Shown here in pieces: positions 25,394 through 38,890 of a stretch of DNA of 64,000 nt. Made by a program: the position numbers and the translations under genes. Origin of the DNA: Eledone cirrhosa (Eukaryota); assembly GCA_964016885.1 (NCBI GenBank), contig OZ024745.1, forward strand, positions 51,212,001-51,276,000, in the 5' to 3' direction. The notes under the pieces are model-generated. The model worked only from the letters and a program-made list of their open reading frames with translations, had not been told where the DNA came from and did no database searches. How positions within the stretch are numbered: the first letter of the stretch is position 1; each line of letters begins with the position of its first letter.

Positions 25394-27325
25394 TTATGTA
25401 ATATTCGGCTTGTAGTGGGAAAAAAGGGTTTTAGTTCTGTGACGGCAGAATAATGTTCGTTCAATTCTGTTATTCAGCAGTTTCTTCTTGTGTGTGATTA
25501 TGTAATAAATCTCAAGATTACACAATTTGCAGAAATTTTGGCTCCTGGAAAAGCTTTGGGTTTTAGCTAATTTTTCCCATTTTAGGGTAAACTTTTGATT
25601 GCTATCCCTGAGCGTCCAAGCTTTCTCTGCTAAAGTTGTTACATTTCTTTGGCTCTGGTGTTTTATTGAGTAAGAATGCCTATACAATCGAGATTTAAAC
25701 GATGTTGCCGTTGATCCCACGTAATACCACTCGTTGCCTCCGGATTTAATGGTACACTTATAAATAATATTTTTTTCCAGGCAGTTATTGCCGAGGGGGC
25801 AGTTGTCAGGATAGGTGCAGTTACAGTTGTGTACGTTGGGTTTTCTCTGGAGTAGTATTGCGGACGAACTTAGGTGTGGTTTATTTATGTTCTGTAGTGT
25901 ATTGTCTACTGTTTTTTTGGGGTTCTTTGTACTTAAGTTCTTAGTGTTTTCGTTTAACCTTCTAGTATTGATCTTTTTTATGTGTTGTTCAAGGTTTAAC
26001 GCTGTAGAGTATGACAGTCTTATAGTGGTAGGGTTTAGGATTTTGTGGTATTTGTGTGATGTGGGAAAATGTCTTTTAATTATTTTAAAGAAGAGTACTG
26101 GTAAATTTGTACTAATGGAGCTATTGTATTCGGGGTTATACCATAAGTACTCTTTGCATCGCTTTCTATTAGTTTTGTTTGTTGGTTTACTGGTGTGCAT
26201 ACTATGGTAGTAAGTGTGGTTTGGTGTTGTGTTATTATATCTACCTATGTGGGATTTATTTTGGGTGTTTTGATTGTTCCCATCTATGTACTCTATTTTG
26301 TTGAGGTAGCCTGCTTTACTAAGGGCGTTATCGTAGTACTCGGCGTGTTCCTTAAATACTTGTATGTTAGAAGATAGACCCGAGATTCTAAGGGAAATAT
26401 TTTTAGGGATAGATTTAATTATAGAGATGGGGTGGTTAGACCCAACATTTACGTATTTGAGATTTTCATTCAATTTATGAAACGGTTTAATCAAACCAGA
26501 GTTTAAATTGAGTGTGACATCCAGGAAGTTAACTACTTTAAGGTTGTATTCATATGTTATAGTTAGTCCTATTTCGAGTAGTAGTTTTCTTATATCTTTG
26601 CGTAGTTTTTCTAGTTTTTGGTTATTAAGGTTTTTAGCTAGGAGGAGAACATCGTCGCGGTATATTCCGCCGTGGAGATTGCTGAATTTTTCCTGGAGTC
26701 TAAAGGCGATAAATAACCCCACAATATCAGTTATTTCCGCCGAATCGTTAGAGCCCATTGTTATGTCAAAGTTAGAGGGTCTATCTTTACGTACCCAATA
26801 ACTGTTCTCAAATTTGACTATAGTTTTCCTAGCTTCTAATATAATCTTAATTTCATCGTTTGTAAGGTCGGAGTTATCCTTAGCAAACTTAATGGCTCTA
26901 TTCAAAGTTTCAGGTGATATCGATGAGTAATATTCATCGATATCAAACTGGATAAACTTAGATTTATTCTTATTGCTAATGCTATTAAACCATCTTATTG
27001 CTTCTTGGGTCTTCCCCCAGAGTTTAATGTTAACCTTAGCCTTAATTTGGGGGATGATTCTATCTAAGATATATTTGCTTATTTTACCTATATCTGATTT
27101 AGAGAGGCAGATTAATCTAATTTTAGGGTCATTATCAGAGTTTACCTTGTGGTCCTTAAGATTGAAAGTGGGTACCGCCGGTAAGAGTGGTCCTGTCCTA
27201 TCTTCGATTCCGAGATTTTTCACTATTTCGCATGCCTCATCATTGATGTGCTTAAGGGTTACTTCACTCGTTTTTCTATATTTTTTATGTAATTCTTTTC
27301 GAATGAAGTTGTTGTATGTAGTGCA
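25394..27325 (-). pseudogene. 5'-truncated second copy of the PLE ORF
   Basis: Near-identical to 21803-23734; ends at the inversion junction. Confidence 0.95.
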
Positions 27326-27365
27326 CTCTTACCGGCGTTGTTGTATGTAGTGCACTCTTACCGGC
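27308..27365. repeat. 29-bp tandem duplication spanning the inversion junction
   Basis: gttgttgtatgtagtgcactcttaccggc x2. Confidence 0.95.
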
Positions 27366-29148
27366 GGTACCCACTTTCAATCTTAAGGACCACAAGGTAA
27401 ACTTTGATAATGACCCTAAAATTAGATTAATCTGCCCCTCTAAATCAGATATAGGTAAAATAAGCAAATATATCTTAGATAGAATCATCCCCCAAATTAA
27501 GGCTAAGGTTAACATTAAACTCTGGGGGAAGACCCAAGAAGCAATAAGATGGTTTAATAGCATTAGCAATAAGAATAAATCTAAGTTTATCCAGTTTGAT
27601 ATCGATGAATATTACTCATCGATATCACCTGAAACTTTGAATAGAGCCATTAAGTTTGCTAAGGATAACTCCGACCTTACAAACGATGAAATTAAGATTA
27701 TATTAGAAGCTAGGAAAACTATAGTCAAATTTGAGAACAGTTATTGGGTACGTAAAGATAGACCCTCTAACTTTGACATAACAATGGGCTCTAAAGATTC
27801 GGCGGAAATAACTGATATTGTGGGGTTATTTATCGCCTTTAGACTCCAGGAAAAATTCAGCAATCTCCACGGCGGAATATACCGCGACGATGTTCTCCTC
27901 CTAGCTAAAAACCTTAATAACCAAAAACTAGAAAAACTACGCAAAGATATAAGAAAACTACTACTCGAAATAGGACTAACTATAACATATGAATACAACC
28001 TTAAAGTAGTTAACTTCCTGGATGTCACACTCAATTTAAACTCTGGTTTGATTAAACCGTTTCATAAATTGAATGAAAATCTCAAATACGTAAATGTTGG
28101 GTCTAACCACCCCATCTCTATAATTAAATCTATCCCTAAAAATATTTCCCTTAGAATCTCGGGTCTATCTTCTAACATACAAGTATTTAAGGAACACGCC
28201 GAGTACTACGATAACGCCCTTAGTAAAGCAGGCTACCTCAACAAAATAGAGTACATAGATGGGAACAATCAAAACACCCAAAATAAATCCCACATAGGTA
28301 GATATAATAACACAACACCAAACCACACCTACTACCATAGTATGCACACCAGTAAACCAACAAACAAAACTAATAGAAAGCGATGCAAAGAGTACTTATG
28401 GTATAACCCCGAATACAATAGCTCCATTAGTACAAATTTACCAGTACTCTTCTTTAAAATAATTAAAAGACATTTTCCCACATCACACAAATACCACAAA
28501 ATCCTAAACCCTACCACTATAAGACTGTCATACTCTACAGCGTTAAACCTTGAACAACACATAAAAAAGATCAATACTAGAAGGTTAAACGAAAACACTA
28601 AGAACTTAAGTACAAAGAACCCCAAAAAAACAGTAGACAATACACTACAGAACATAAATAAACCACACCTAAGTTCGTCCGCAATACTACTCCAGAGAAA
28701 ACCCAACGTACACAACTGTAACTGCACCTATCCTGACAACTGCCCCCTCGGCAATAACTGCCTGGAAAAAAATATTATTTATAAGTGTACCATTAAATCC
28801 GGAGGCAACGAGTGGTATTACGTGGGATCAACGGCAACATCGTTTAAATCTCGATTGTATAGGCATTCTTACTCAATAAAACACCAGAGCCAAAGAAATG
28901 TAACAACTTTAGCAGAGAAAGCTTGGACGCTCAGGGATAGCAATCAAAAGTTTACCCTAAAATGGGAAAAATTAGCTAAAACCCAAAGCTTTTCCAGGAG
29001 CCAAAATTTCTGCAAATTGTGTAATCTTGAGATTTATTACATAATCACACACAAGAAGAAACTGCTGAATAACAGAATTGAACGAACATTATTCTGCCGT
29101 CACAGAACTAAAACCCTTTTTTCCCACTACAAGCCGAATATTACATAA
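27353..29148 (+). pseudogene. Inverted, 5'-truncated third copy of the PLE ORF
   Basis: Reverse complement of 25394-27189; reading frame still open. Confidence 0.95.
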
Positions 29149-29260
29149 AAGAGGGACATCCCCCAACTATATAAACCTTAATCTAGTTAGAAAAATATAA
29201 AAACAATCTCTTTTCAACATATATTAATAACCTTAAATTACCATACTAATAATGAAAAGA

Positions 29261-29318
29261 TATGCTGATGAGAATAGGTACAAATATGCGATAATGAATG
29301 TGTCTAAAAACGTCCATA
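29261..29318 (+). ncRNA. Second, degenerate hammerhead-like motif in the PLE 3' UTR (also 21633-21690 and 25224-25281 on the - strand)
   Basis: tatg-CTGATGA-gaa-taggtaca...tgtgtcta-AAAA-CGTC-cata; GAAA reads AAAA. Confidence 0.5.
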
Positions 29319-29417
29319 AGTATGTATATATATGTGAAAATGTATATAAATAAGTAAATATATATATATGTTTGATGTGTATAGTTAGATGTAAGTGTAT
29401 TCATGTATTAAAGTGCT

Positions 29418-29452
<35 letters not shown>

Positions 29453-29475
29453 ATATGTGTGTATATATGTATGTG

Positions 29476-29506
<31 letters not shown>

Positions 29507-30096
29507 GTATATGTATATATGTATATATATATGTGTATGTATGTATGTGTATATGGATGTGTATGTATGTGTATGTGTGTACACATGGACTAGAGTATGT
29601 ATGTATATATGTGTGTGTCTATACGTGTGTATATATAAAGATAAGTTGAGTATGAAAATGTATACACATGAGCGCGTATGTATGTACATGAATACATGTG
29701 TGTATATATATGTGTATGCATGTGTATATATATGTAAGTATGAATATGTGAATTGTGAGTATATGTATTTTTGTAGAGGTGTGCAAATATATTTGTGTGT
29801 GAATGCGTGGGTGAAAGAATACGTACACTTGAAAGAAAAATTTAAGTCTGAATGTTAAGTGCAAACACAAAACCAACCACGCATATCTTTACTATCTCTA
29901 ATCCTTCTATAGATTTAGAAAAATAACCAATAATATATTCTATAAAAATGTCAAAACAACAGATGGGAATCTAATTAATCACTGCCACCAAGAATTCTCA
30001 CTGCTATCGAAAAACCACTCCTTCAACTATTCTTCTAACAACTTCACCCCTTCCTCCTAATATTCTCTATAAAAACTAAATAGGTCCTCAGTAATA

Positions 30097-30214
30097 TTAT
30101 TCTGATGAAATGACAGTAAATAATAACATTGAAATATTGAATGTCTGCATAACTAAAAGTTTGTAGATAGCTGTTTTAGGTTATGTAACTGTTATAGAAA
30201 CACGTGTCAATAAA
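30097..30214 (+). ncRNA. Hammerhead ribozyme of PLE family A, copy 3, with 88-nt branched stem II domain
   Basis: ttatt-CTGATGA-a-atgacagt...actgttat-a-GAAA-CACGT-GTC-aataa; palindromic stem III CACGTG. Confidence 0.8.
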
Positions 30215-30247
30215 TTCCTTTCAACTAAACTGTATCCATTCAAATCT

Positions 30248-30325
<78 letters not shown>

Positions 30326-32789
30326 AAATACTTATATATGTAACTCTAATTATAGGGATATTATAGGGTATATAATTATCTGCCATAGCATCAATTTTGT
30401 GAAACCGGGCTTCAGAAAATTGAAAAGACATACTTAATTAAGAAATGTTAAAATTACACAAAATATTAATGAAATTTAGTCCGTCGTATGTGCATAGATA
30501 CACAAACATAATTAATGTAGACATCCATGAATCAAAACGTACAGATTCATACACGATACGACATGCATACATACATGCAGCCATATATATGCGTGTGAGG
30601 ATGAATGGGTGCACTGATGACAATCTAGTCGATATTGTTTAAATTCCAATGAAATAGCTTTTGTTCTGGGCAGGAGACCGATTCATTATTAGTGAGAAAT
30701 TTGTAAAATTATAGCGGAAGAAAATACATAGAAACTGAAATACATATTCTACATACCTTTAATAACTTATACCTATAATAATCTCTATCCCGTAGTGCAT
30801 GACAACAAGTCCAATTAATTACCTATGTTCATACACACGAAATGGGTCGACATGGCGTTAAGTTAGAAGACATTTTCCCAAGTTGCAGTCTAATGGAAAC
30901 AAAGCCGGAATATCAGGCTTGAGAATTTGGCGGCCTCATCTGTGTTCATAATACCAGCCCACATACTTAGACACAAACACGCACATATTTTCCAATACGC
31001 ACATCCAGATACAGAAATGTTCTTTCACTTTCTCACTACACACAAATGAATATGTATAAAGATTCGCCTGTGTATGTCCAATTATATATATTACGAAGCG
31101 TCAGCTCACTCCCGATCAAGCAGATCTATTGTAGTTATGTAGATAGTTGAAATACTCAGTGTGCTCCACAATACACATTACACATGTCCTAGTCAACTGT
31201 ATAAGCTACATGCTCAGGGCAGTCACATGGTTTCTGCATTGACCTTTCTATATCTGTACGCCTGTTGTTTCGCTACATGATAATTTCGCTACATGATTAA
31301 ATAGATCTCTGACTAGATGTGCTCCAGTCAAGGCAAGCATGTCCTTTTACGTGTATCTGGGACTGTAATATTGTGTTATTTCCATCTTAGTACAGTGCGT
31401 GGAGTTAACCGATTCTCTTTCTATGCTTGAGTTTAATTGAATTTTATGTTTTATCGATTTTGGTAGAATATTTTTAGGTAGGTGTTTTTTAGTCTGTTTT
31501 CTCATGCTGCGGGTACATCTCTTTGTTTCGTGGTGACAGTGCCTTCCACGACAAACACTGAGCGAGCTGGTATGTGCTGCAGCATCAAATACGACTCTGT
31601 TTTTACTAGATGCTTTTTCAATTTTAGTATTATATAACGCTTGCTGATCCTACGACAAGCGAAGTCTGAAAATCCCTTTCATTTCATTTACGAGCCTATT
31701 GCCCTACAAAAAGTATAAATGTCATAATCTCATATCTTCTATTCTATTATGCAACCTGACTGAAACTTTAATGACAGGGAGACTGAAGAAACGAGAGAAT
31801 AGTATTTGAATGTTTAATCATCCATTTTGTTTTCCCATCAAATTTTGGTAATAATACCTGGTATAGTTGTAGTGTGGATGGTCTTGTGAATCGTCACGTT
31901 TTTAGAGAGTATATACAGTTGGCTTTGCTGATGTTGATATTTATATTACAGTTGTGTTGCCAAGCTAAAACTGTTATTTTGTTAGTGTATTTAGGATGTC
32001 TTTTATTCTCAAGGCGTTTTAACACGATTTCATTATCTTCTCTTTTCACTCCTCTACATCTCTCTCCACTCTCTATCCTAGACGAAACGTTCTTTAACAG
32101 TGACTATTATTTTCATCTTCTGAGGCGTTATAAAAGGTGTTATTTTTGATAGCTGTAAGAAAATGAAAGAAACTTGATAACAATATAAAAACAAATGACT
32201 AGCATATACGCATAGAGACACAATAAATTCATATATCCCTTTAGATTACTGCGGAAAATAAAACACGTCATTGTCGTCAAAAGCAGGAGACATTATTTGA
32301 GGAAAATAAGAAAATAGAAAAGAAAAATCGTGGTTATATATTTTAGAGAACACGCCTAGCCTTGAACTGAGATTTACGAGCTATAGAGAAAATAGGCTGG
32401 AGTAACACTTCAAGGATCACCATTCCAACAAAGATGGTATTCATTCAACATCAATACAATTAGATTGGCATTGTCAGTGTTAGCACTATCTCAACTAGCA
32501 ACAGTCTTCTATTATTGAATTATATATTTGACTAATACAGAGTACAAAGCTCGTTGACTTTCATTTCCTTCAATATTCCGACTGTTCCTCGGGAAATAGG
32601 AGTTAAGTTTCTGAAATAAAATACAGTTATCATTGTTGTCATCAGTAAATAATTGATGAGTCCATATTTGCTTTACTTACTGTACCTACCAACTTAATTT
32701 AATCTTGTTTTATCCATGTTGTTGTTTCGATAAGGTGAACCCATTATATAAAATGATATCTGTGTATTTAGGGCAATGTTAAATGTTGA

Positions 32790-33740
32790 TCTTTAGATGC
32801 GCTAATTAATTAGGAAATGAACAACATACTCTGGTAAATGATGCAACAAGGGAACAAACAGTAAATGTCTTTGCAAAGTTTTTAAATTGATAACGCCTTC
32901 TCAGGACATGGACAGTGCCAGACAGCATTCTTTTCTGTATCTCTTGCAGAGATGGCTTTGTAGGTATCCGGCCCAAATATTTTTCACTTCTCCATCTTTT
33001 CATGCTCTTTTATCCTTCACTCTGCTATCTCCTGGGATAGATATCTGAATAGTTTGAGCTTCATTTTTCTTCCTGTTTACAACTAAAATATCTAATTTTC
33101 TTGTCTCAATCATTCTATCGCATTGAATGGTAAAGTCCCACAAAATCCTAAACTCGACATTCTCTAACACACCTTTTGGATTCTGATCATAACATTTAAT
33201 TGCTCTGACAAACCCATATTTCTCAATATAATCCAATGTCTAGCAACATTATCATGTCTTTTGTACTGTCGCTGTTCCACATTAACACATTCGCTTCCAA
33301 CCTTGCTGATATTTTTTCTTTTTCTTCCATTCTGCATAATGGTGATTTTATCGTTTTGTCACCATCATGTTTGGTGAATCCTTTCAGATCACCATTTTAA
33401 AGCCACAACTAGCTTTTTTCACAATCAATGCCTTCTTTATCTTTAGTGAACTGTCTATGCATGCGCTTACCCGTCCATTCATATTCAACTTCATTAGGTG
33501 CTGCTGCATCAGCAGATTTCAGTGTTTACATTGTATTATTATGACTATTCGTAATGCCTTTGCTTTGGCAGATGTTATACCGGCATCATATCAAAAGAGC
33601 GGGCCATAGCCAATGGCCAAATGTCATTTGGATCAGTCCTGCTCCTTCAACTTTTCAACACCCTTCTTACTTAAAATTCTTGTTGTTCCTAGCAAGGTTG
33701 TTTTCTCCGCAACAATCCTGTCCTGATGGTAATTCCTAGC
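32790..33740 (-). mobile_element. Old R4/Dong-like LINE 3' remnants (probably two 3' ends)
   Basis: FRILWDFTIQCDRMIETRKLDILVV; IQKRMLSGTVHVLRR; a second end LLGTTRIL near 33700. Confidence 0.8.
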
Positions 33741-34642
33741 TTCTCATGCCAATATATATAATACAAGTAGTAGAAAGGAAAAATATTTTTTCTGTAGAAA
33801 ATGTTGAAGAGATATTTTTAGTGAAATTTGAAAGCATTAATTTATTTACAATACCGATTTCAGCATTAAATGCATTGTCAATTGCGGATATGCAGAATAG
33901 AATATTAAGTTGCATATTTGTACAAATAGTGAAAATAACGATAATAACAAAACAAAATATATAAAGAGGGGAAGAAAAGTTAATTTTCACATACGTGAAA
34001 ATACATATATTCAGTCCATCCTTCTCTGCTACGGCTTTGTTGTGACTGAAGAAGGTAGAAGCAGGAGGGGAGAGGAGAAGAAGAAGGAGGTAGGGGAGGT
34101 AGGGGAAGGTTGTTGTGGCTGCAGACTGCTATGTGGGACCCTTTGAATAGTGGATACAAGGTTTGGCTGGGATTGGTTTGAAAGGCTGGGTGACCTTAGA
34201 GTTGACCGGGGGTGGGAGTGGGGTTGCTTCTAAAAATATCTGTCTTGGTATTTTTTCTTAGAAGCAATCACCAGCATTGACCTTGTTTTTTTGCCACAAA
34301 GAAGATTTAGAGTTATTGAAATATTAATTCCATCCCTAGCAGTAATTTTAGATTTAGGGGGATGGAAAACATTTTGCTACAAAGAGGGGTTCAGAGCCAC
34401 TGGAATACCTATTCTATCTTCAGCAGAAGCTTCCAGATTCAGGGGAATGTAAAGCATTTAGTTTGGCACCTGAATGTTTCCATTTATCCGATTATCTTCA
34501 TGGAGGTCCTCCAGGACTTGCTGATGTGGCTGTTACTATGTGGCTGCTAGGTCTGCATTATATAGTTGTCAGAAGTTGCCAGAAGTTGCTGGAATCCTAT
34601 CTAGGATGTTGATTTTAAAGAGATTATGTAGTTGTTTATGGC

Positions 34643-34790
34643 CAGATATTCATACTGTACTACAGAGATTATCGTACTGTACTAGATATTCGTACTGTAC
34701 TACCGACATTCGTACTGTACTACAGATATTCGTACTGTACTACAGAGATTATGTAGTTATTTATGGTCAGATATTCGTATTGTACTACAA
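34643..34790. repeat. ~20-bp minisatellite (agatattcgtactgtactac), about 6 imperfect units
   Basis: Read directly. Confidence 0.85.
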
Positions 34791-34829
34791 CAACCAGTCT
34801 TTCCTTTTATGCTTTTATCAGAACTTTTG

Positions 34830-36430
34830 AGCATTTGTTGACTTTACTTTGGCTTACTTCTCAGTCGAAGTTTTAGACGAGCATGTTTGAAGTTGATTAT
34901 AGCCAGGTTATTGTATTTTTTCTCTCCATTTCTTCATTTGTATGTTTTGTAATTCCATTTCATGTTGTTTTTCTCTCTTTAACCAGATTTCTTGAGTCGA
35001 TATCTAAATGTAGTTTGTCAAAGTATTTGGTTTCTTTTGTACTTTCTTGTCTCCTTGTATATTTAGAAAATAATCTTTATGTTTTTCATGTTTCCTTATT
35101 ACATTTACCAGTCTTCTTCTATTTTCTTTTAAGTGCTTTTCCACTAAAACTGTTTTAAGTAGTTTTATATTTGTGTCAGGCCTTGTCCTCCCCGTGAGCG
35201 TGGGTATGTATATTCTGTATGTCTGGTTTGGTGTGATTGCTTCCGTACACTGTCAGTACTTCCTGATTTTTTTCTGTCTAAAATATTAGCTCAGCTTCCA
35301 CTTTATTATATTGAAGTAGGTTATAACTGGTATTGCCAGCGTAATTATAGCTATGCTATTTTTAGCATTCAGTTCAGTTCTTGACATTAGTTTCACTCTC
35401 CTGCTGTATTCTTTTCTAATTTTGTCTTTCATTTTCTTGTGTTATATTTAAGCTATTTCGGCTATTCCAAATAATTTGTATAGGTGATTGCGATCAGATT
35501 CCCAAATTTAAGTGTATGTATCTACTATAGTACCCTAAACGCTGATTAATGTACCTATGTTTGATCTGACTTTGACACATTTGTCTCATCCCATACCCAC
35601 ATTTATATACTTGTTGACATCAGACTACCTGAATATAGAGAGAACGAGTTGCCATATAGTCTCCACAGTAACTGTGATATCAAGAGAAACTGTGCCTGAG
35701 CCTAACGGGGAAATATCCACAGCCAAACCGAAATCCTCGATATGGAAATGAATTATAGCACAACAAAAGAAAAACAAAGGAAATATATATCATTACCATG
35801 CTAACTAGTTTAAGACAGATCCAACATGAAACAGTATAAAAGGAAGCAAATAAGGATTAAATATAACATTAATGAAAAAGGAAGATTGTTAGAAAGCCAA
35901 AGAAATTCTTGTCGAGCTTTATTATATTTATTTAGTCTTTAAAAGAGTTGTTTGTTCCTCAGTAATTTCAAGAGGTATTCACGCTGATTCTTTTTCTATT
36001 GCTTCTGTGACATTCTCTTCTATTTTCTTTACTGCTTCAGTAAGTTGCAGCTCAATATTGATTCCTGGGCATCTGTCACAGTGTGTGATTTTATTCTGTT
36101 TGTTTTAATTGCGAGTATATTTTTGAAGCCTTTGTATTCAATCGTACGTTTCTCTGGTCTTTGTTCTCTTGTGATTCGGTTTTTGTTTCTCTGTGTGTGT
36201 TTGATTGGCTGTACTCAAAAATATATTTCTTGTATAGAAATAATTTTACTTTGGTTTGCATCCTCATTTATTGTAAGTATGATTACCTGTGTGCCTTTCT
36301 TTTTTTGGGAGGGTTTTATGTTTTCGGAAAGTAATTTTTGTTGTGTTATTTTCGCTATTTTTTTGTATCGCATCGTTTTGAATGGTTAAATGTTTTATTT
36401 TATTTCCAGCATTTATTCTATCAACAAATT
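34830..36430 (-). mobile_element. Old R4/Dong-like LINE RT remnant
   Basis: KIRKEYSRRVKLMSRTELNAKN..TLAIPVITY and YIPRSRGGQGL-like segments; many disablements; boundaries approximate. Confidence 0.7.
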
Positions 36431-37129
36431 GTCAACATTGTGATTGTGGAGATTTTAGAATCCTGCAGCTAGTTTTCATTCCTCCACAGCTCATATGTCA
36501 GAAGATGAACAATTTTCAGTATGTAAATAAATAAAATAATAGCAAAGGCAGCAACGCATACACACCTGGCGAGTGTAAAAAATAGCAAAAGTAGAAAACA
36601 ACGAAAATAAGAATTTTGAATCTGGTCCCTCTATCAGTCATTAGCAACCTTGTAGTATATTTTATGAAGCACACCTTAATATTTTAATGGTGTTAGAAAT
36701 TCAGAAGGTGACAGCAATAACGTTAACAACGACAATAATGTTGAGACCTAAACACAGACGCAAACGCCATCTATTGAAAAGTGAATACGAGCAATGATTT
36801 TCACCAGTACAACATTCAATGTTGAATGTTCAGTCCGAAACATAGCAGTGGTATAGTGTGTCCAAAAGAACTGCATATCCTTAGCCGAAAAATATATACA
36901 GATATAGGTACGGAGAAAACTGATTAAATTTTGTTTTAGAAATTTAACGTCTGGGTTAATGTTAAGTATGTAAAAGTGAAACGTATATGGAACAGTATGC
37001 CGAAATATTGTTAACCAGGATGAAGTGAAGAGACATAAAGCACTGAACATCCATGCATAAAATTATTCGCCAGTACATTAGACGATGTAAAACAAGCCCG
37101 AGCAAGGCGATTTTGTTGAAGACAGTAGT

Positions 37130-37375
37130 AATATATGCATACTAGACTTCCACAGTCACACCACTGATGTCGCCCAAGGCAAAGGCAAAAGCCGATGCAG
37201 CTTGACAACAGCGACGCCGTCGTAGATTTGTACAGTTGAGCGAGCTGTAGCAACATAAAATAAAGTGACTTGCTCAAAGTCATACTGCATAGGACGGCTT
37301 GTAAATCGAACTAACAACCTCATGATTGGAAATCCAAGAAACCAACTCTCTAATCACTAAGTGAAGCACCGTCAC
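37130..37375 (-). mobile_element. Decayed tRNA-derived SINE with CORE-like domain
   Basis: Reverse complement has gtgacggtgcttcacttagtgattag..agttcgatt and tttgagcaagtcactttatttt. Confidence 0.6.
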
Positions 37376-37556
37376 GCATAATATATAATATATATATATA
37401 TAAGTATATGTACACACACACACACACACACACATACACACGCACACACACACACACATATATATATATGTATAGTTATATACGAATATATATGCATATA
37501 GGCAGTGTTGTCTGGGTTCTCATGACTTCGCATATGAATCTCCAGCGTGTCAAGTC

Positions 37557-37661
<105 letters not shown>

Positions 37662-38084
37662 TATATAATATATAAATGAGATGGATAAGAGTGGGTATAT
37701 CACACGTTCATTACCAAGTGCGTAAAAGGCTTAATGTGTTAATCACTTATGGAGAAATACATATAATATACCTTATGATATAATAGTGAAGTTCATTGAA
37801 CCTATGAAGTTGATTATTTGTTTTTGTCTCGCTGTATAGGACCAAGTGCTATAAATTCACTGATAAGGTTTGTGTAGTTAATCGTTTTCCGATATATGGA
37901 TCCATGCAATTCACTGTATTTATTATTCTCAAAGGAAAGCTACACGATATTTCAATATTGAAATTGAATTCCCTTTGTGGATATTGTATATTTCATGATG
38001 TTCCTTCATTTTAAGCGTTCTGTCTTAGAGATCTGATTCTTCAGCTATGATTCAATAGATTTCCTTTCATTTTACCATCGATAT

Positions 38085-38132
<48 letters not shown>

Positions 38133-38839
38133 CCGTCATTCTCTCTGAATGATATAATTTGCTTGTTATAAAAATATACGAGGTAATGGAAACAATAGAT
38201 AAAGAATGAAAAGACGTATAATGATTCTTTCAAACAACCTTATTTATCTAGACTTTATCTATGGAATTCATCCAGCGAGATTTTATTTTTCTAAGCTCTC
38301 ACTGATGTGATATAATTTTCGCTTGTTTATACATTCAACTGCTAGATGTTTGATCTTATTCCTTAATTATGGAAGCACATTTCTGTTAATATACCGCACA
38401 ACAATGCTTTTCATGTATTAGTTCTATGGAAAGGAGTTTCATGCTACTGTATTTTATTAATAACCTTTCATCAGAAACAACATTACATGCATTATTATGG
38501 ATACACATTCTCACACACTCGCACATTCACACACACACAAAAACACATACTCACACACACACACTTATGTGAGTGTGTATGTGTGTATATATATATATAT
38601 ATAATATATATATATATATAATGTATATATATGTGTGTGTTTTTTTCTGTGAGTGAATATCTATATACATTTGTGTGTTTGATTGTAGATGTATATGAGT
38701 CTGTATATCTATGTTGAATGGACCTCTATCAATTTTGAGGATGAGTACTCCATTTGTTCGATCAGTGTGTGACAAGACTGCGCCTTTGATTTACAGGCTG
38801 CGTGAATTCGACGAGTTTCCAAATAATTTGCGTTACTCG

Positions 38840-38890
<51 letters not shown>

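Larger units (their letters stand above)
20584..30253. mobile_element. Composite Penelope-like element (Naiad-like, family A): full copy (-), tandem 5'-truncated copy (-), inverted 5'-truncated copy (+)
   Basis: 3591-bp direct periodicity; 2.9-kb inverted arms 24289-27189 / 27353-30253; both termini run into (TA)n. Confidence 0.95.

Noticed and set aside
22224-28727. Recurrent antisense ORFs in the PLE copies
   Set aside because: Repeated only because the DNA is duplicated; no motifs.
4604-30670. Other CTGANGA hits (4604, 7309 on -, 11681, 30615)
   Set aside because: No consistent stems I-III found.
34643-34790. CRISPR-like periodicity
   Set aside because: Contiguous minisatellite with no unique spacers, in eukaryotic context.
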